Of a DNA stretch of 64,000 nt, positions 21,668-31,705 are shown in pieces. The notes beneath the pieces were generated by a model that did not search any database, was not told where the DNA came from, and saw only the letters and a program-made list of their open reading frames with translations. The first letter of the stretch is position 1. Every line of letters starts with the position of its first letter. The translations under genes were made by a program, and so were the position numbers. The DNA comes from a plasmid: the sequence record NZ_CP086424.1; one strand, 5' to 3'.

Positions 21668-23813
21668 GAAGTATAAACCACCTTTTTGCTCCTCATCCGA
21701 AGTATCTTACCTGAAATTCCCTCACTCGTTTACCGCTCAAGCCCCAATTTTAACTGCCGGTCCAGCCTAAACCGCTCTAATAAGGTTCGATTTGGCGGTA
21801 AAATCTCTAGCCTGATAGCTCGAGAGATACAAACTGCCCCACCGCCCCGTTTAAAAGTTGGCAGTGTTGAGCAGTGTTGGATTTGGGGTCGTCAGTCAAA
21901 GAGACGACTCTGTGATGGATCGAACAGGCTGGGAGTCAGTGGCGGCGCTCGTTCTGGTGGCAGCTCACGCTGCTTGGCGGCATTCGCCTTGGCTGTTTTC
22001 TGTTTCAGATGCTTGAGAATCTGCTCAATGACCTTCGGATCTTCGATGCTGGCAATCACTTTGACGTGACCGCCGCAGTGTTCGCAGACTTCAATATCAA
22101 TATTGAAGACTCGCTTGAGGCGTTGCATCCAGGTCATGGCGCGGTGGCGCTCTGCAGGACTCTTGTCACGCCAGTTAGTATCGAGACCTTCCGATTTGTC
22201 GGGCTTCTTGCCCCGCTTGGCGGGTGTTACTTGAACTCGGTGTTTGCTGTTCGGTGCAAAGACGCCGTGGAAGCGTGTGAGGTTGACTCGCGGCTTAGGT
22301 ACCAACGCAGCGAGTTTGGCGATGAAGTCCAGCGGCTCGAAGATCACATGGGTGGTGCCATTGCGGTACGGAGTTTTGAGCTCGTAACGCACCTGCCCAT
22401 TGGCGGTTAATGCCAGACGTTTTTCTGAAACCGCTGGCCGACTAATGTAGCGACACAAGCGCTCAAGCTTATCCCGCTGATGCGCTTCGGCCATCACACC
22501 GGCGTGTAGCGAGAAACCAGCATGGTTGGCTACTCGACTGCTTGAGTCGGCTTTATCCTCACGCCCTGGCAAGGTTTGCAGGGTGAAGACTTTGCGCCCT
22601 TGCTGGGGGCCGACGGCAATGCGATACGTAACCGAAGCACCATGTAATTGAGTCAGCGTATCGTCTTCGCCCTCTTCCAGTGTCAACCACGTATTCTCGG
22701 CATCACGCTCCAAAATCCCACGCTTTTCCATGCAGCGAGCGATGCGATGGCTGAGGGTGTGAGCGAGCGTATTCAGCTCATCGTAAGTGGGTGCCTTGAC
22801 ACGATGGAAGCGTTGCTTGCCATAGTCATCTTCGGCATAGACACCATCGAGAAACAGCATGTGGTAGTGGACATTGAGATTTAGCGCGGAGCCAAAGCGT
22901 TGGATAAGAGTCACTGAGCCAGTTTGTGCAGAGGCTTTGGTGTAACCGGCTTTTTTGATCAGATGAGTTGAGAGTGTACGATAGACGATACTCAAGACCT
23001 GGCCCATCAGCTGGGGATGGCGAGCCAGCAAAAAGCGTAGCTGGAAAGGAAAGCTGAGCACCCACTGGCGAATGGGCTCCTTGGGGAAGACTTCGTCTAT
23101 CAGCAGCGCCGCACTCTCGGCCATCCGGCGGGCACCGCAGCTAGGGCAAAAGCCGCGTCGTTTACAGCTGAAGGCGACCAGACGCTCGTGATGACAATCC
23201 TCGCAGCGAACCCGCATGAAACCATACTCCAGACGGCCACATTGGAGGAGGTCGTTGAATTCTTGTTGGATGTAGCGAGGCAGGTGTTGACCTTGGGCTT
23301 CGAGTGAGGCTTTGAAGGCTGGGTAGTGCTGCTCAACCAGCTGGTAGAGCAGCGTCTGGTCGGGTTGGTGGCGTTCGTAACCGTTTGTTTGAGTGGGCGA
23401 TTGACTCGCCGTGGCGTTCCTTGCCAGCGACATGGGTATCCTCCGCTGATACTGTGGTTATGTACAGTATCAGCGGCTTGCGTTCAGACGTCCAGTCTGG
23501 CCCTAGACATCGCTAAATGCTTAACCCGCAATAGCCCTCACGAGTTGTTATCAGCCACTACCGGTTGAGCGAGAAGGTTTTGGGTTCAGGGTGCTATTGC
23601 TCCACCAATCACAATACTGAAGCCCCAACTGTTATCAGTTGGGGCTTTTTCTTGTCTGTTTGCGGCGGTTGCGTTTTATCGGTAGTCGTCGAGCTCTGCA
23701 CCATCCCACATAAGAGCTTAACGGTGCGATCTTCAACGCCATCACACAAAACTTTCTTTTTCACGCACAGTCAACTTATTGGATGTTTTATTAACAACCC
23801 AAAAGGAGATATT
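21660..23813 (-). mobile_element. ISCR1 (IS91-like rolling-circle element)
   Basis: A 513-aa orf513 transposase. The right boundary (23813) is the point where identity between the two 3'-CS copies ends, 24 bp after the sul1 stop. The left boundary is inferred from the 2154-bp element length I remember, so it is approximate. Confidence 0.75.
21892..23433 (-). CDS. ISCR1 transposase Orf513 (IS91 family, 513 aa)
   Basis: MSLARNATASQSPTQTNGYERHQPDQTLLYQLVEQHYPAF... with HUH/zinc-finger CEDCHHERLVAFSCKRRGFCPSCG and conserved tyrosines. Confidence 0.95.
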   Translation of the reverse strand: MSLARNATASQSPTQTNGYERHQPDQTLLYQLVEQHYPAFKASLEAQGQHLPRYIQQEFNDLLQCGRLEYGFMRVRCEDCHHERLVAFSCKRRGFCPSCGARRMAESAALLIDEVFPKEPIRQWVLSFPFQLRFLLARHPQLMGQVLSIVYRTLSTHLIKKAGYTKASAQTGSVTLIQRFGSALNLNVHYHMLFLDGVYAEDDYGKQRFHRVKAPTYDELNTLAHTLSHRIARCMEKRGILERDAENTWLTLEEGEDDTLTQLHGASVTYRIAVGPQQGRKVFTLQTLPGREDKADSSSRVANHAGFSLHAGVMAEAHQRDKLERLCRYISRPAVSEKRLALTANGQVRYELKTPYRNGTTHVIFEPLDFIAKLAALVPKPRVNLTRFHGVFAPNSKHRVQVTPAKRGKKPDKSEGLDTNWRDKSPAERHRAMTWMQRLKRVFNIDIEVCEHCGGHVKVIASIEDPKVIEQILKHLKQKTAKANAAKQRELPPERAPPLTPSLFDPSQSRLFD

Positions 23814-23837
23814 TAGCGGGCGGCCGGAAGGTGAATG

Positions 23838-24677
23838 CTAGGCATGATCTAACCCTCGGTCTCTGGCGTCGCGACTGCGAAATTTCGCGAGGGTTTCCGA
23901 GAAGGTGATTGCGCTTCGCAGATCTCCAGGCGCGTGGGTGCGGACGTAGTCAGCGCCATTGCCGATCGCGTGAAGTTCCGCCGCAAGGCTCGCTGGACCC
24001 AGATCCTTTACAGGAAGGCCAACGGTGGCGCCCAAGAAGGATTTCCGCGACACCGAGACCAATAGCGGAAGCCCCAACGCCGACTTCAGCTTTTGAAGGT
24101 TCGACAGCACGTGCAGCGATGTTTCCGGTGCGGGGCTCAAGAAAAATCCCATCCCCGGATCGAGGATGAGCCGGTCGGCAGCGACCCCGCTCCGTCGCAA
24201 GGCGGAAACCCGCGCCTCGAAGAACCGCACAATCTCGTCGAGCGCGTCTTCGGGTCGAAGGTGACCGGTGCGGGTGGCGATGCCATCCCGCTGCGCTGAG
24301 TGCATAACCACCAGCCTGCAGTCCGCCTCAGCAATATCGGGATAGAGCGCAGGGTCAGGAAATCCTTGGATATCGTTCAGGTAGCCCACGCCGCGCTTGA
24401 GCGCATAGCGCTGGGTTTCCGGTTGGAAGCTGTCGATTGAAACACGGTGCATCTGATCGGACAGGGCGTCTAAGAGCGGCGCAATACGTCTGATCTCATC
24501 GGCCGGCGATACAGGCCTCGCGTCCGGATGGCTGGCGGCCGGTCCGACATCCACGACGTCTGATCCGACTCGCAGCATTTCGATCGCCGCGGTGACAGCG
24601 CCGGCGGGGTCTAGCCGCCGGCTCTCATCGAAGAAGGAGTCCTCGGTGAGATTCAGAATGCCGAACACCGTCACCAT
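23838..24677 (-). CDS. sul1: dihydropteroate synthase Sul1 (279 aa), first 3'-CS
   Basis: Identical to 12724..13563. Confidence 0.97.
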   Translation of the reverse strand: MVTVFGILNLTEDSFFDESRRLDPAGAVTAAIEMLRVGSDVVDVGPAASHPDARPVSPADEIRRIAPLLDALSDQMHRVSIDSFQPETQRYALKRGVGYLNDIQGFPDPALYPDIAEADCRLVVMHSAQRDGIATRTGHLRPEDALDEIVRFFEARVSALRRSGVAADRLILDPGMGFFLSPAPETSLHVLSNLQKLKSALGLPLLVSVSRKSFLGATVGLPVKDLGPASLAAELHAIGNGADYVRTHAPGDLRSAITFSETLAKFRSRDARDRGLDHA

Positions 24678-25018
24678 GGCGTCGGCCTCCGCAGCGACTT
24701 CCACGATGGGGATCGGGCGAGCAAAAAGGCAGCAATTATGAGCCCCATACCTACAAAGCCCCACGCATCAAGCTTTTGCCCATGAAGCAACCAGGCAATG
24801 GCTGTAATTATGACGACGCCGAGTCCCGACCAGACTGCATAAGCAACACCGACAGGGATGGATTTCAGAACCAGAGAAAGAAAATAAAATGCGATGCCAT
24901 AACCGATTATGACAACGGCGGAAGGGGCAAGCTTAGTAAAGCCCTCGCTAGATTTTAATGCGGATGTTGCGATTACTTCGCCAACTATTGCGATAACAAG
25001 AAAAAGCCAGCCTTTCAT
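24671..25018 (-). CDS. qacEdelta1: QacEdelta1 SMR efflux protein (115 aa)
   Basis: [69 protein letters not shown]... Confidence 0.95.
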   Translation of the reverse strand: MKGWLFLVIAIVGEVIATSALKSSEGFTKLAPSAVVIIGYGIAFYFLSLVLKSIPVGVAYAVWSGLGVVIITAIAWLLHGQKLDAWGFVGMGLIIAAFLLARSPSWKSLRRPTPW

Positions 25019-25113
25019 GATATATCTCCCAATTTGTGTAGGGCTTATTATGCACGCTTAAAAATAATAAAAGCAGACTTGACCTGATAGTTTGGCTGTG
25101 AGCAATTATGTGC

Positions 25114-25173
25114 TTAGTGCATCTAACGCTTGAGTTAAGCCGCGCCGCGAAGCGGCGTCGGCTTGAACGAATT
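25114..25173 (-). other. attC (59-be) of the aadA1 cassette
   Basis: Imperfect palindrome GTCTAACAATTCGTTCAAGCCGACGCCGCTTCGCGGCGCGGCTTAACTCAAGCGTTAGAT. Confidence 0.7.
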
Positions 25174-25181
25174 GTTAGACA

Positions 25182-25973
25182 TTATTTGCCGACTACCTTG
25201 GTGATCTCGCCTTTCACGTAGTGAACAAATTCTTCCAACTGATCTGCGCGCGAGGCCAAGCGATCTTCTTCTTGTCCAAGATAAGCCTGTCTAGCTTCAA
25301 GTATGACGGGCTGATACTGGGCCGGCAGGCGCTCCATTGCCCAGTCGGCAGCGACATCCTTCGGCGCGATTTTGCCGGTTACTGCGCTGTACCAAATGCG
25401 GGACAACGTAAGCACTACATTTCGCTCATCGCCAGCCCAGTCGGGCGGCGAGTTCCATAGCGTTAAGGTTTCATTTAGCGCCTCAAATAGATCCTATTCA
25501 GGAACCGGATCAAAGAGTTCCTCCGCCGCTGGACCTACCAAGGCAACGCTATGTTCTCTTGCTTTTGTCAGCAAGATAGCCAGATCAATGTCGATCGTGG
25601 CTGGCTCGAAGATACCTGCAAGAATGTCATTGCGCTGCCATTCTCCAAATTGCAGTTCGCGCTTAGCTGGATAACGCCACGGAATGATGTCGTCGTGCAC
25701 AACAATGGTGACTTCTACAGCGCGGAGAATCTCGCTCTCTCCAGGGGAAGCCGAAGTTTCCAAAAGGTCGTTGATCAAAGCTCGCCGCGTTGTTTCATCA
25801 AGCCTTACGGTCACCGTAACCAGCAAATCAATATCACTGTGTGGCTTCAGGCCGCCATCCACTGCGGAGCCGTACAAATGTACGGCCAGCAACGTCGGTT
25901 CGAGATGGCGCTCGATGACGCCAACTACCTCTGATAGTTGAGTCGATACTTCGGCGATCACCACTTCCCTCAT
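25182..25973 (-). pseudogene. aadA1: aadA1-like aminoglycoside 3''-adenylyltransferase with in-frame premature TAG (codon about 160)
   Basis: MREVVIAEVSTQLSEVVGVIERHLEPTLLAVHLYGSAV...DPVPE then TAG at 25496-25494, where Gln (CAG) is expected. The frame continues in-frame DLFEALNETLTLW...KVVGK to 25182. Confidence 0.85.
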
Positions 25974-25989
25974 GATGTTTAACTTTGTT

Positions 25990-26790
25990 TTAGCCACCAA
26001 TGATGCCCTCACTTTCCATGATTTTGGTGGGAATGGATTTTCTTAGCGGCAACTTACTTTCGTTGTCTATATCCATGTTAAAGGCGAAAAAGTAAACCTC
26101 TGTCTCCTTCTCAACCCACCCAACCCACCATGCGACACCAGGATTTGACTCAGTTCCCACACCAGAAAAACCAGTTTTTGAATGCACTAGATATTCAGGT
26201 GCCGCCTCCGTTACCAAAGCCTCTTTTACTATTAGCTGGTTTTCTTTAGATGCTGACAATTTATTTAAATATAGAGACTCTAGAAACTCCACTTGATTAA
26301 CTGCGGAAATTCTAAGCTGGCCTTCCAACCAGAATTTGTCAATGCCACCACTGATATTCTGGTTGCCATAGGAAAATTTTTTAAGGTATTTCTGCATTCT
26401 TACTTCGCCAACTTCTCTGGCGATTTGTTGAAATACGGGAACAGCTGAAACTTGTATTGCCCCTCTTAAGGTCAAGTCTCTTTCCCATTGCTTCATGGCT
26501 CTTGGCTTTCCGTCCCATTTGAAAACCTGATGCTCATTCTTTATGACACCAGTTTCTAGGCCGATAATTGCGTTGGGGATCTTAAATGTTGATGCTGGAA
26601 GATATTCCTTTGATGCACGAGCTAAGTCATTGGTAGCGCAGGATTTACTGCTACTTTTACAAAGCACGAAGACACCATTGACGGCTTCGGCAGAGAACTC
26701 TTTGTTCCAAGACGTATTTTCTGTAATTGAACCAGCTAATGCCGTACTCGAAAGACACGCGATAATTACATATGCGGCAAATGTTTTCAT
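25990..26790 (-). CDS. blaOXA-10: OXA-10-family class D beta-lactamase (266 aa)
   Basis: [81 protein letters not shown]... STFK and KTG motifs. The aadA1 start lies only 17 nt downstream (fused cassettes). Confidence 0.95.
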   Translation of the reverse strand: MKTFAAYVIIACLSSTALAGSITENTSWNKEFSAEAVNGVFVLCKSSSKSCATNDLARASKEYLPASTFKIPNAIIGLETGVIKNEHQVFKWDGKPRAMKQWERDLTLRGAIQVSAVPVFQQIAREVGEVRMQKYLKKFSYGNQNISGGIDKFWLEGQLRISAVNQVEFLESLYLNKLSASKENQLIVKEALVTEAAPEYLVHSKTGFSGVGTESNPGVAWWVGWVEKETEVYFFAFNMDIDNESKLPLRKSIPTKIMESEGIIGG

Positions 26791-27054
26791 GGCACCTTCT
26801 TGGTGGCTAACGTTAATTCGACCTCAGAGGCGTTTAAGTCAAAATACCTCTGACGTCTAACATGATTAATCAAAGTCTGATTTTTTAACAAAATCAGAAA
26901 GATAGACGCGAAACTTTAAAACAAAGGCGTCAACACTTCAAGTAGCGATCTTTCGCTTCGGCGAGGCCTAACGCCTGAGCTCAGCCGACCGAAACCGCGT
27001 AGCGGTTTTGGGTCGGCTGCAGCGATTTGTTGGGCGATAGCTTGCCACATTCTC

Positions 27055-28314
27055 TCAACGATTGGGATTTGATGTACTTTCCGCACTTTGTAGCGCGACC
27101 ACATCATGCTCCCCCTGGCCGCGAGAGCCCTTCACTCGGGAAACACAAGACAGACCGAGCACGACTGTTGCAAGGGTCAAACAGTACACGACAACCGGCC
27201 AAGCCGTGTTGCGCGGCAACAGCGAAATGATCAACGTTCCGATGCTTCCTAGCAGTACACCGCCCAAGCAGAAGTAGACTGCCGTGACCGTTCCAGCAAC
27301 ATGGTCGAATCCTCGAAGAGCGCCATTGGGCGACACAGATACCGCTGTGGCGACACCAATACCCACTAGCCACATTGGAGCAATAAAGCCTAACACGGAC
27401 TGCGAAGCCCATATTTCGGTGATGGCAAGCAATACTGCTCCAGCTATCAGGCATCCCATTCCCATTCGCAAGACACTTGGGCTGCCCCACTTGGGTATCA
27501 CACGCCCCATAAAACGAGCCGTAAACACCATGGCAATTGCCACTGTGGCGAACAGCAGGCTGAAGCCAAGCTGAGACACACCTTGCCTGCCCATCATTAG
27601 TCCGGGCGCAATGGAGAAAAAGACGAAGAAGCTACCCATTCCAGCGGCGTAACACAACGTGTACAACCAGAAGTTCAGGCACTTAACGGGGAGTAGCAGC
27701 TGCGACCATTGCAAGCCCGCAACTCGTTGCACCCGGGTTTCAGGCCAGAATCGCCACGCTGCTGCAGATGCAGCGATCATGCCCAAACCTAGAAACGCAA
27801 AGATAGCCCGCCACCCAAGCCACATGTCGACGAGCGCTCCGAGCAATGGGCCTACCGCCGGGACCATGGCCAGCATGGATCCGAGTATGCCGTAAATGAC
27901 ATTACTTTCCTCGCGACCTGCGTAAATGTCACGTACTGTTGCAAATGTGGAAACAAGGCACGCCGAGGCACCACAAGCCTGAAGAATCCGAAGCCCCAGA
28001 AAGACTTCAGCCGATGACGTAAGAGCGAGGCCCATTGACGCCACAACGTAGGCGAGGCCACCTCCCAGTAGAACGGGGCGGCGCCCCAGTCGGTCCGATA
28101 GCGGTCCAAACAAGAGCTGACCGGCACCAATCATGACCAAGTACGTTGTCAGCGTAAGCTGAATTGTGCTCGCTGTCGTACCAAGCGCGTTTGGCATAAA
28201 CGGCACTGCTGGCAAGTACATGTCCATGCCGAGTGATGCCAATAAATCGAACGGTGATAACAACAACACCGTGGCGGCAAGGGAGTACCGCCAACTAAAG
28301 TTTTTTGAGCGCAC
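27055..28314 (-). CDS. cmlA: CmlA-family chloramphenicol efflux MFS transporter (419 aa; alternative GTG start, a leader peptide is likely upstream)
   Basis: RSKNFSWRYSLAATVLLLSPFDLLASLGMDMYLPAVPFMPNALGTTASTIQLTLTTYL... 12-TM MFS. Confidence 0.92.
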   Translation of the reverse strand: MRSKNFSWRYSLAATVLLLSPFDLLASLGMDMYLPAVPFMPNALGTTASTIQLTLTTYLVMIGAGQLLFGPLSDRLGRRPVLLGGGLAYVVASMGLALTSSAEVFLGLRILQACGASACLVSTFATVRDIYAGREESNVIYGILGSMLAMVPAVGPLLGALVDMWLGWRAIFAFLGLGMIAASAAAWRFWPETRVQRVAGLQWSQLLLPVKCLNFWLYTLCYAAGMGSFFVFFSIAPGLMMGRQGVSQLGFSLLFATVAIAMVFTARFMGRVIPKWGSPSVLRMGMGCLIAGAVLLAITEIWASQSVLGFIAPMWLVGIGVATAVSVSPNGALRGFDHVAGTVTAVYFCLGGVLLGSIGTLIISLLPRNTAWPVVVYCLTLATVVLGLSCVSRVKGSRGQGEHDVVALQSAESTSNPNR

Positions 28315-28634
28315 GAAACCATCTCCTTGAACAAAGGATTTGGCGGCGCTCCCGTAGAGCAAAAGGATTCATGAGAACGCCGCAACAACCGAAAAATGAA
28401 GGTTGCTGCGGCTTACTTGTCTGCGTTCTTGGAAGTGCTCATCTGCTGACTATCTCATGATTGAATTTGAATCGTAACAACTTTCAAGCAACTCTGCGAG
28501 GAGCCTTATTGTGCGCCCAACGCCGCCATAAACGGCGACAGGGTGGCGCGCCTATTGCGCATAAAATGGCGAAGCCATGCGCAACAGGCGCGGAATCTCT
28601 GGCGTCCGGTTTGATGGCTTTGTTATGCAAAGGA

Positions 28635-29087
28635 CTAGTCTTCAATGACGTGTAAACCACGGCGCTTTAAGTCCTCTAACGAATCCAACATTCCCCTTAT
28701 TAATTCAACAGGATGCCCCTCCCAGTCTTCAACAACGCCAACAATTCTCAAGGGTTCGCAGGTTCTATAGGACTGTGTTGGATTACCGGGAAATTTTTTG
28801 TTCGTAAGATTCGGATCGTCTTCGAACGGTCCTGTTGGCTCAACTATGTATATGTAGCCGCGACCCTCGAGGCCAGACAGTGACATAGCAAGTTCAGCTC
28901 CCCAAACTGCTGGCTCCATCAAGGCTGAAAAGTAGATGTGCTTAAGAATACGACCGTCCTCGAAATGAGAGATGAACCCTGTGGTTAGCAAGTCACCAAT
29001 CGCCAAATTGGCTTTGGTTCCATGATAGAACGGTCCTTGCACCTGCTTGTAATTATCATGAGAGATGGGAATCCAATCTTTTACCAT
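28635..29087 (-). CDS. arr: rifampin ADP-ribosyltransferase Arr-2-like (150 aa)
   Basis: MVKDWIPISHDNYKQVQGPFYHGTKANLAIGDLLTTGF... Confidence 0.92.
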   Translation of the reverse strand: MVKDWIPISHDNYKQVQGPFYHGTKANLAIGDLLTTGFISHFEDGRILKHIYFSALMEPAVWGAELAMSLSGLEGRGYIYIVEPTGPFEDDPNLTNKKFPGNPTQSYRTCEPLRIVGVVEDWEGHPVELIRGMLDSLEDLKRRGLHVIED

Positions 29088-29197
29088 TTTAAGACCCTTA
29101 ATTGTTGGGATTTGGCTGCATAACGTCGCTATCAATCGCGGAAAAGGCGTAGTGCGCGAAGCGAACGAAGCTTTTTGCCGTCGATTGCATAGCTTTG

Positions 29198-29671
29198 TTA
29201 ACCCTTTTTCCAAATTTGATAGCAATAGTTAATGTTTGAAGTAAAGTGTTGCTCAAAAACAACTTCGAAGGTATTTGGAATACTCGGGAAGAAAACATCC
29301 CCCTCTGGCTCGATGTCGATCGTCGATAAGTGGAGCGTAGAGGCCATGGGTAATGTTTCTCGGTAAATTTCTCCGCCACCAGACACTATAACGTGACCGG
29401 TGAATTCAGCTAGCCTGTCCATGGCCTCTTCGATTGACTGAAATACAACTACATTGTCATCATTTGATGTCCAACCTGAGCGGGTAACGACCGCGTATTT
29501 CCTATTGGGGAGTGCGCCCATAGATTCAAACGTCTTGCGACCCACCAGAAGCCACTGATTGTAGGTCAATGCTTTAAAAAGTAGCTGCTCCCCTTTCGCG
29601 GACCAGGGTATGTCTGGACCGCAACCAATCACGCCGTTTTTCGCTTTCGCAGCCATCAATGATACTTTCAA
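29198..29671 (-). CDS. dfrA: trimethoprim-resistant dihydrofolate reductase, DfrA1-group (dfrA16-like; 157 aa with TTG start)
   Basis: [66 protein letters not shown]... First cassette after attI1. Confidence 0.9.
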   Translation of the reverse strand: MKVSLMAAKAKNGVIGCGPDIPWSAKGEQLLFKALTYNQWLLVGRKTFESMGALPNRKYAVVTRSGWTSNDDNVVVFQSIEEAMDRLAEFTGHVIVSGGGEIYRETLPMASTLHLSTIDIEPEGDVFFPSIPNTFEVVFEQHFTSNINYCYQIWKKG

Positions 29672-29691
29672 GGTTCTCATCCTGGGTTAAC

Positions 29692-29760
29692 TTTGTTTTA
29701 GGGCGACTGCCCTGCTGCGTAACATCGTTGCTGCTCCATAACATCAAACATCGACCCACG
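29692..29760 (-). other. attI1 recombination site
   Basis: ...GCAGCAACGATGTTACGCAGCAGGGCAGTCGCCCTAAAACAAAG|TTAACCC, with the crossover at G|TT. Confidence 0.8.
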
Positions 29761-29826
29761 GCGTAACGCGCTTGCTGCTTGGATGCCCGAGGCATAGACT
29801 GTACAAAAAAACAGTCATAACAAGCC

Positions 29827-30840
29827 ATGAAAACCGCCACTGCGCCGTTACCACCGCTGCGTTCGGTCAAGGTTCTGGACCAGTTGCGTGAGCGCATACG
29901 CTACTTGCATTACAGCTTACCAACCGAACAGGCTTATGTCCACTGGGTTCGTGCCTTCATCCGTTTCCACGGTGTGCGTCACCCGGCAACCTTGGGCAGC
30001 AGCGAAGTCGAGGCATTTCTGTCCTGGCTGGCGAACGAGCGCAAGGTTTCGGTCTCCACGCATCGTCAGGCATTGGCGGCCTTGCTGTTCTTCTACGGCA
30101 AGGTGCTGTGCACGGATCTGCCCTGGCTTCAGGAGATCGGAAGACCTCGGCCGTCGCGGCGCTTGCCGGTGGTGCTGACCCCGGATGAAGTGGTTCGCAT
30201 CCTCGGTTTTCTGGAAGGCGAGCATCGTTTGTTCGCCCAGCTTCTGTATGGAACGGGCATGCGGATCAGTGAGGGTTTGCAACTGCGGGTCAAGGATCTG
30301 GATTTCGATCACGGCACGATCATCGTGCGGGAGGGCAAGGGCTCCAAGGATCGGGCCTTGATGTTACCCGAGAGCTTGGCACCCAGCCTGCGCGAGCAGC
30401 TGTCGCGTGCACGGGCATGGTGGCTGAAGGACCAGGCCGAGGGCCGCAGCGGCGTTGCGCTTCCCGACGCCCTTGAGCGGAAGTATCCGCGCGCCGGGCA
30501 TTCCTGGCCGTGGTTCTGGGTTTTTGCGCAGCACACGCATTCGACCGATCCACGGAGCGGTGTCGTGCGTCGCCATCACATGTATGACCAGACCTTTCAG
30601 CGCGCCTTCAAACGTGCCGTAGAACAAGCAGGCATCACGAAGCCCGCCACACCGCACACCCTCCGCCACTCGTTCGCGACGGCCTTGCTCCGCAGCGGTT
30701 ACGACATTCGAACCGTGCAGGATCTGCTCGGCCATTCCGACGTCTCTACGACGATGATTTACACGCATGTGCTGAAAGTTGGCGGTGCCGGAGTGCGCTC
30801 ACCGCTTGATGCGCTGCCGCCCCTCACTAGTGAGAGGTAG
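29827..30840 (+). CDS. intI1: class 1 integron integrase IntI1 (337 aa)
   Basis: [94 protein letters not shown]... tyrosine recombinase RHRY. Confidence 0.97.
   Translation: MKTATAPLPPLRSVKVLDQLRERIRYLHYSLPTEQAYVHWVRAFIRFHGVRHPATLGSSEVEAFLSWLANERKVSVSTHRQALAALLFFYGKVLCTDLPWLQEIGRPRPSRRLPVVLTPDEVVRILGFLEGEHRLFAQLLYGTGMRISEGLQLRVKDLDFDHGTIIVREGKGSKDRALMLPESLAPSLREQLSRARAWWLKDQAEGRSGVALPDALERKYPRAGHSWPWFWVFAQHTHSTDPRSGVVRRHHMYDQTFQRAFKRAVEQAGITKPATPHTLRHSFATALLRSGYDIRTVQDLLGHSDVSTTMIYTHVLKVGGAGVRSPLDALPPLTSER
29914..29942 (-). promoter_or_regulatory. cassette promoter Pc, weak variant with extended -10 (TGGACA-N17-TGGTAAGCT; PcW-TGN-10)
   Basis: The reverse complement of 29914-29942 reads TGGACAtaagcctgttcggttGgTAAGCT. 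Confidence 0.7.
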
Positions 30841-31017
30841 GGCAGCGCAAGTCAATCCTGGCGGATTCACTACCCCTGCGCGAAGGCCATCGGTGCCGCA
30901 TCGAACGGCCGGTTGCGGAAAGTCCTCCCTGCGTCCGCTGATGGCCGGCAGCAGCCCGTCGTTGCCTGATGGATCCAACCCCTCCGCTGCTATAGTGCAG
31001 TCGGCTTCTGACGTTCA

Positions 31018-31042
31018 GTGCAGCCGTCTTCTGAAAACGACA
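31018..31042 (-). repeat. class 1 integron terminal inverted repeat IRi
   Basis: The reverse complement is TGTCGTTTTCAGAAGACGGCTGCAC. Confidence 0.85.
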
Positions 31043-31145
31043 CCATGTGCAAACGATGTCAGAATAGAGTTAAATTTCCTATTGATTGACATATTCCGTC
31101 AAAGGTAATAGATTTCATCCTGACACTTTTGCCTTTGGAGGCATC
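31043..31145 (+). promoter_or_regulatory. residual res (resolution) site region upstream of tnpR
   Basis: Only about 100 bp separate IRi from tnpR and there is no tnpM ORF. This means the integron sits in res, as in Tn1696-type transposons. Confidence 0.5.
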
Positions 31146-31703
31146 TTGCAAGGTCAACGCATCGGCTATGTCCGCGTCAGCAGCTTCGACCAGAACCCGG
31201 AACGGCAATTGGAGGGTGTTCAGGTGGCGCGGGTGTTCACCGACAAGGCTTCTGGCAAGGACACCCAGCGTCCCGAGCTGGAAAGGCTGCTGGCCTTCGT
31301 CCGCGAGGGCGACACCGTGGTGGTGCATAGCATGGACAGGCTGGCACGCAACCTTGATGACCTGCGCCGCATCGTCCAAGGGCTGACACAACGGGGCGTG
31401 CGCATGGAGTTCGTCAAAGAAGGGCTGAAGTTCACCGGCGAGGACTCACCGATGGCCAATCTGATGCTGTCGGTCATGGGAGCCTTCGCTGAGTTCGAGC
31501 GCGCCCTGATCCGCGAACGTCAGCGCGAGGGAATCGTGCTGGCCAAGCAGCGCGGTGCCTACCGGGGACGAAAGAAATCGCTGAACAGCGAACAAATTGC
31601 CGAGTTGAAACGGCGAGTTGCGGCAGGCGACCAAAAAACCTTGGTGGCCCGTGACTTCGGCATCAGCCGCGAAACCTTGTACCAGTACCTGCGGGAAGAC
31701 TGA
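31146..31703 (+). CDS. tnpR: Tn21-family resolvase TnpR (serine recombinase, 185 aa; TTG start inferred)
   Basis: [49 protein letters not shown]... Confidence 0.9.
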   Translation: MQGQRIGYVRVSSFDQNPERQLEGVQVARVFTDKASGKDTQRPELERLLAFVREGDTVVVHSMDRLARNLDDLRRIVQGLTQRGVRMEFVKEGLKFTGEDSPMANLMLSVMGAFAEFERALIRERQREGIVLAKQRGAYRGRKKSLNSEQIAELKRRVAAGDQKTLVARDFGISRETLYQYLRED

Positions 31704-31705
31704 CC

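Noticed and set aside
30309-30768. ORFs antisense to intI1
   Set aside because: intI1 is full length and canonical. These antisense frames are a recurring artefact of this GC-rich gene.
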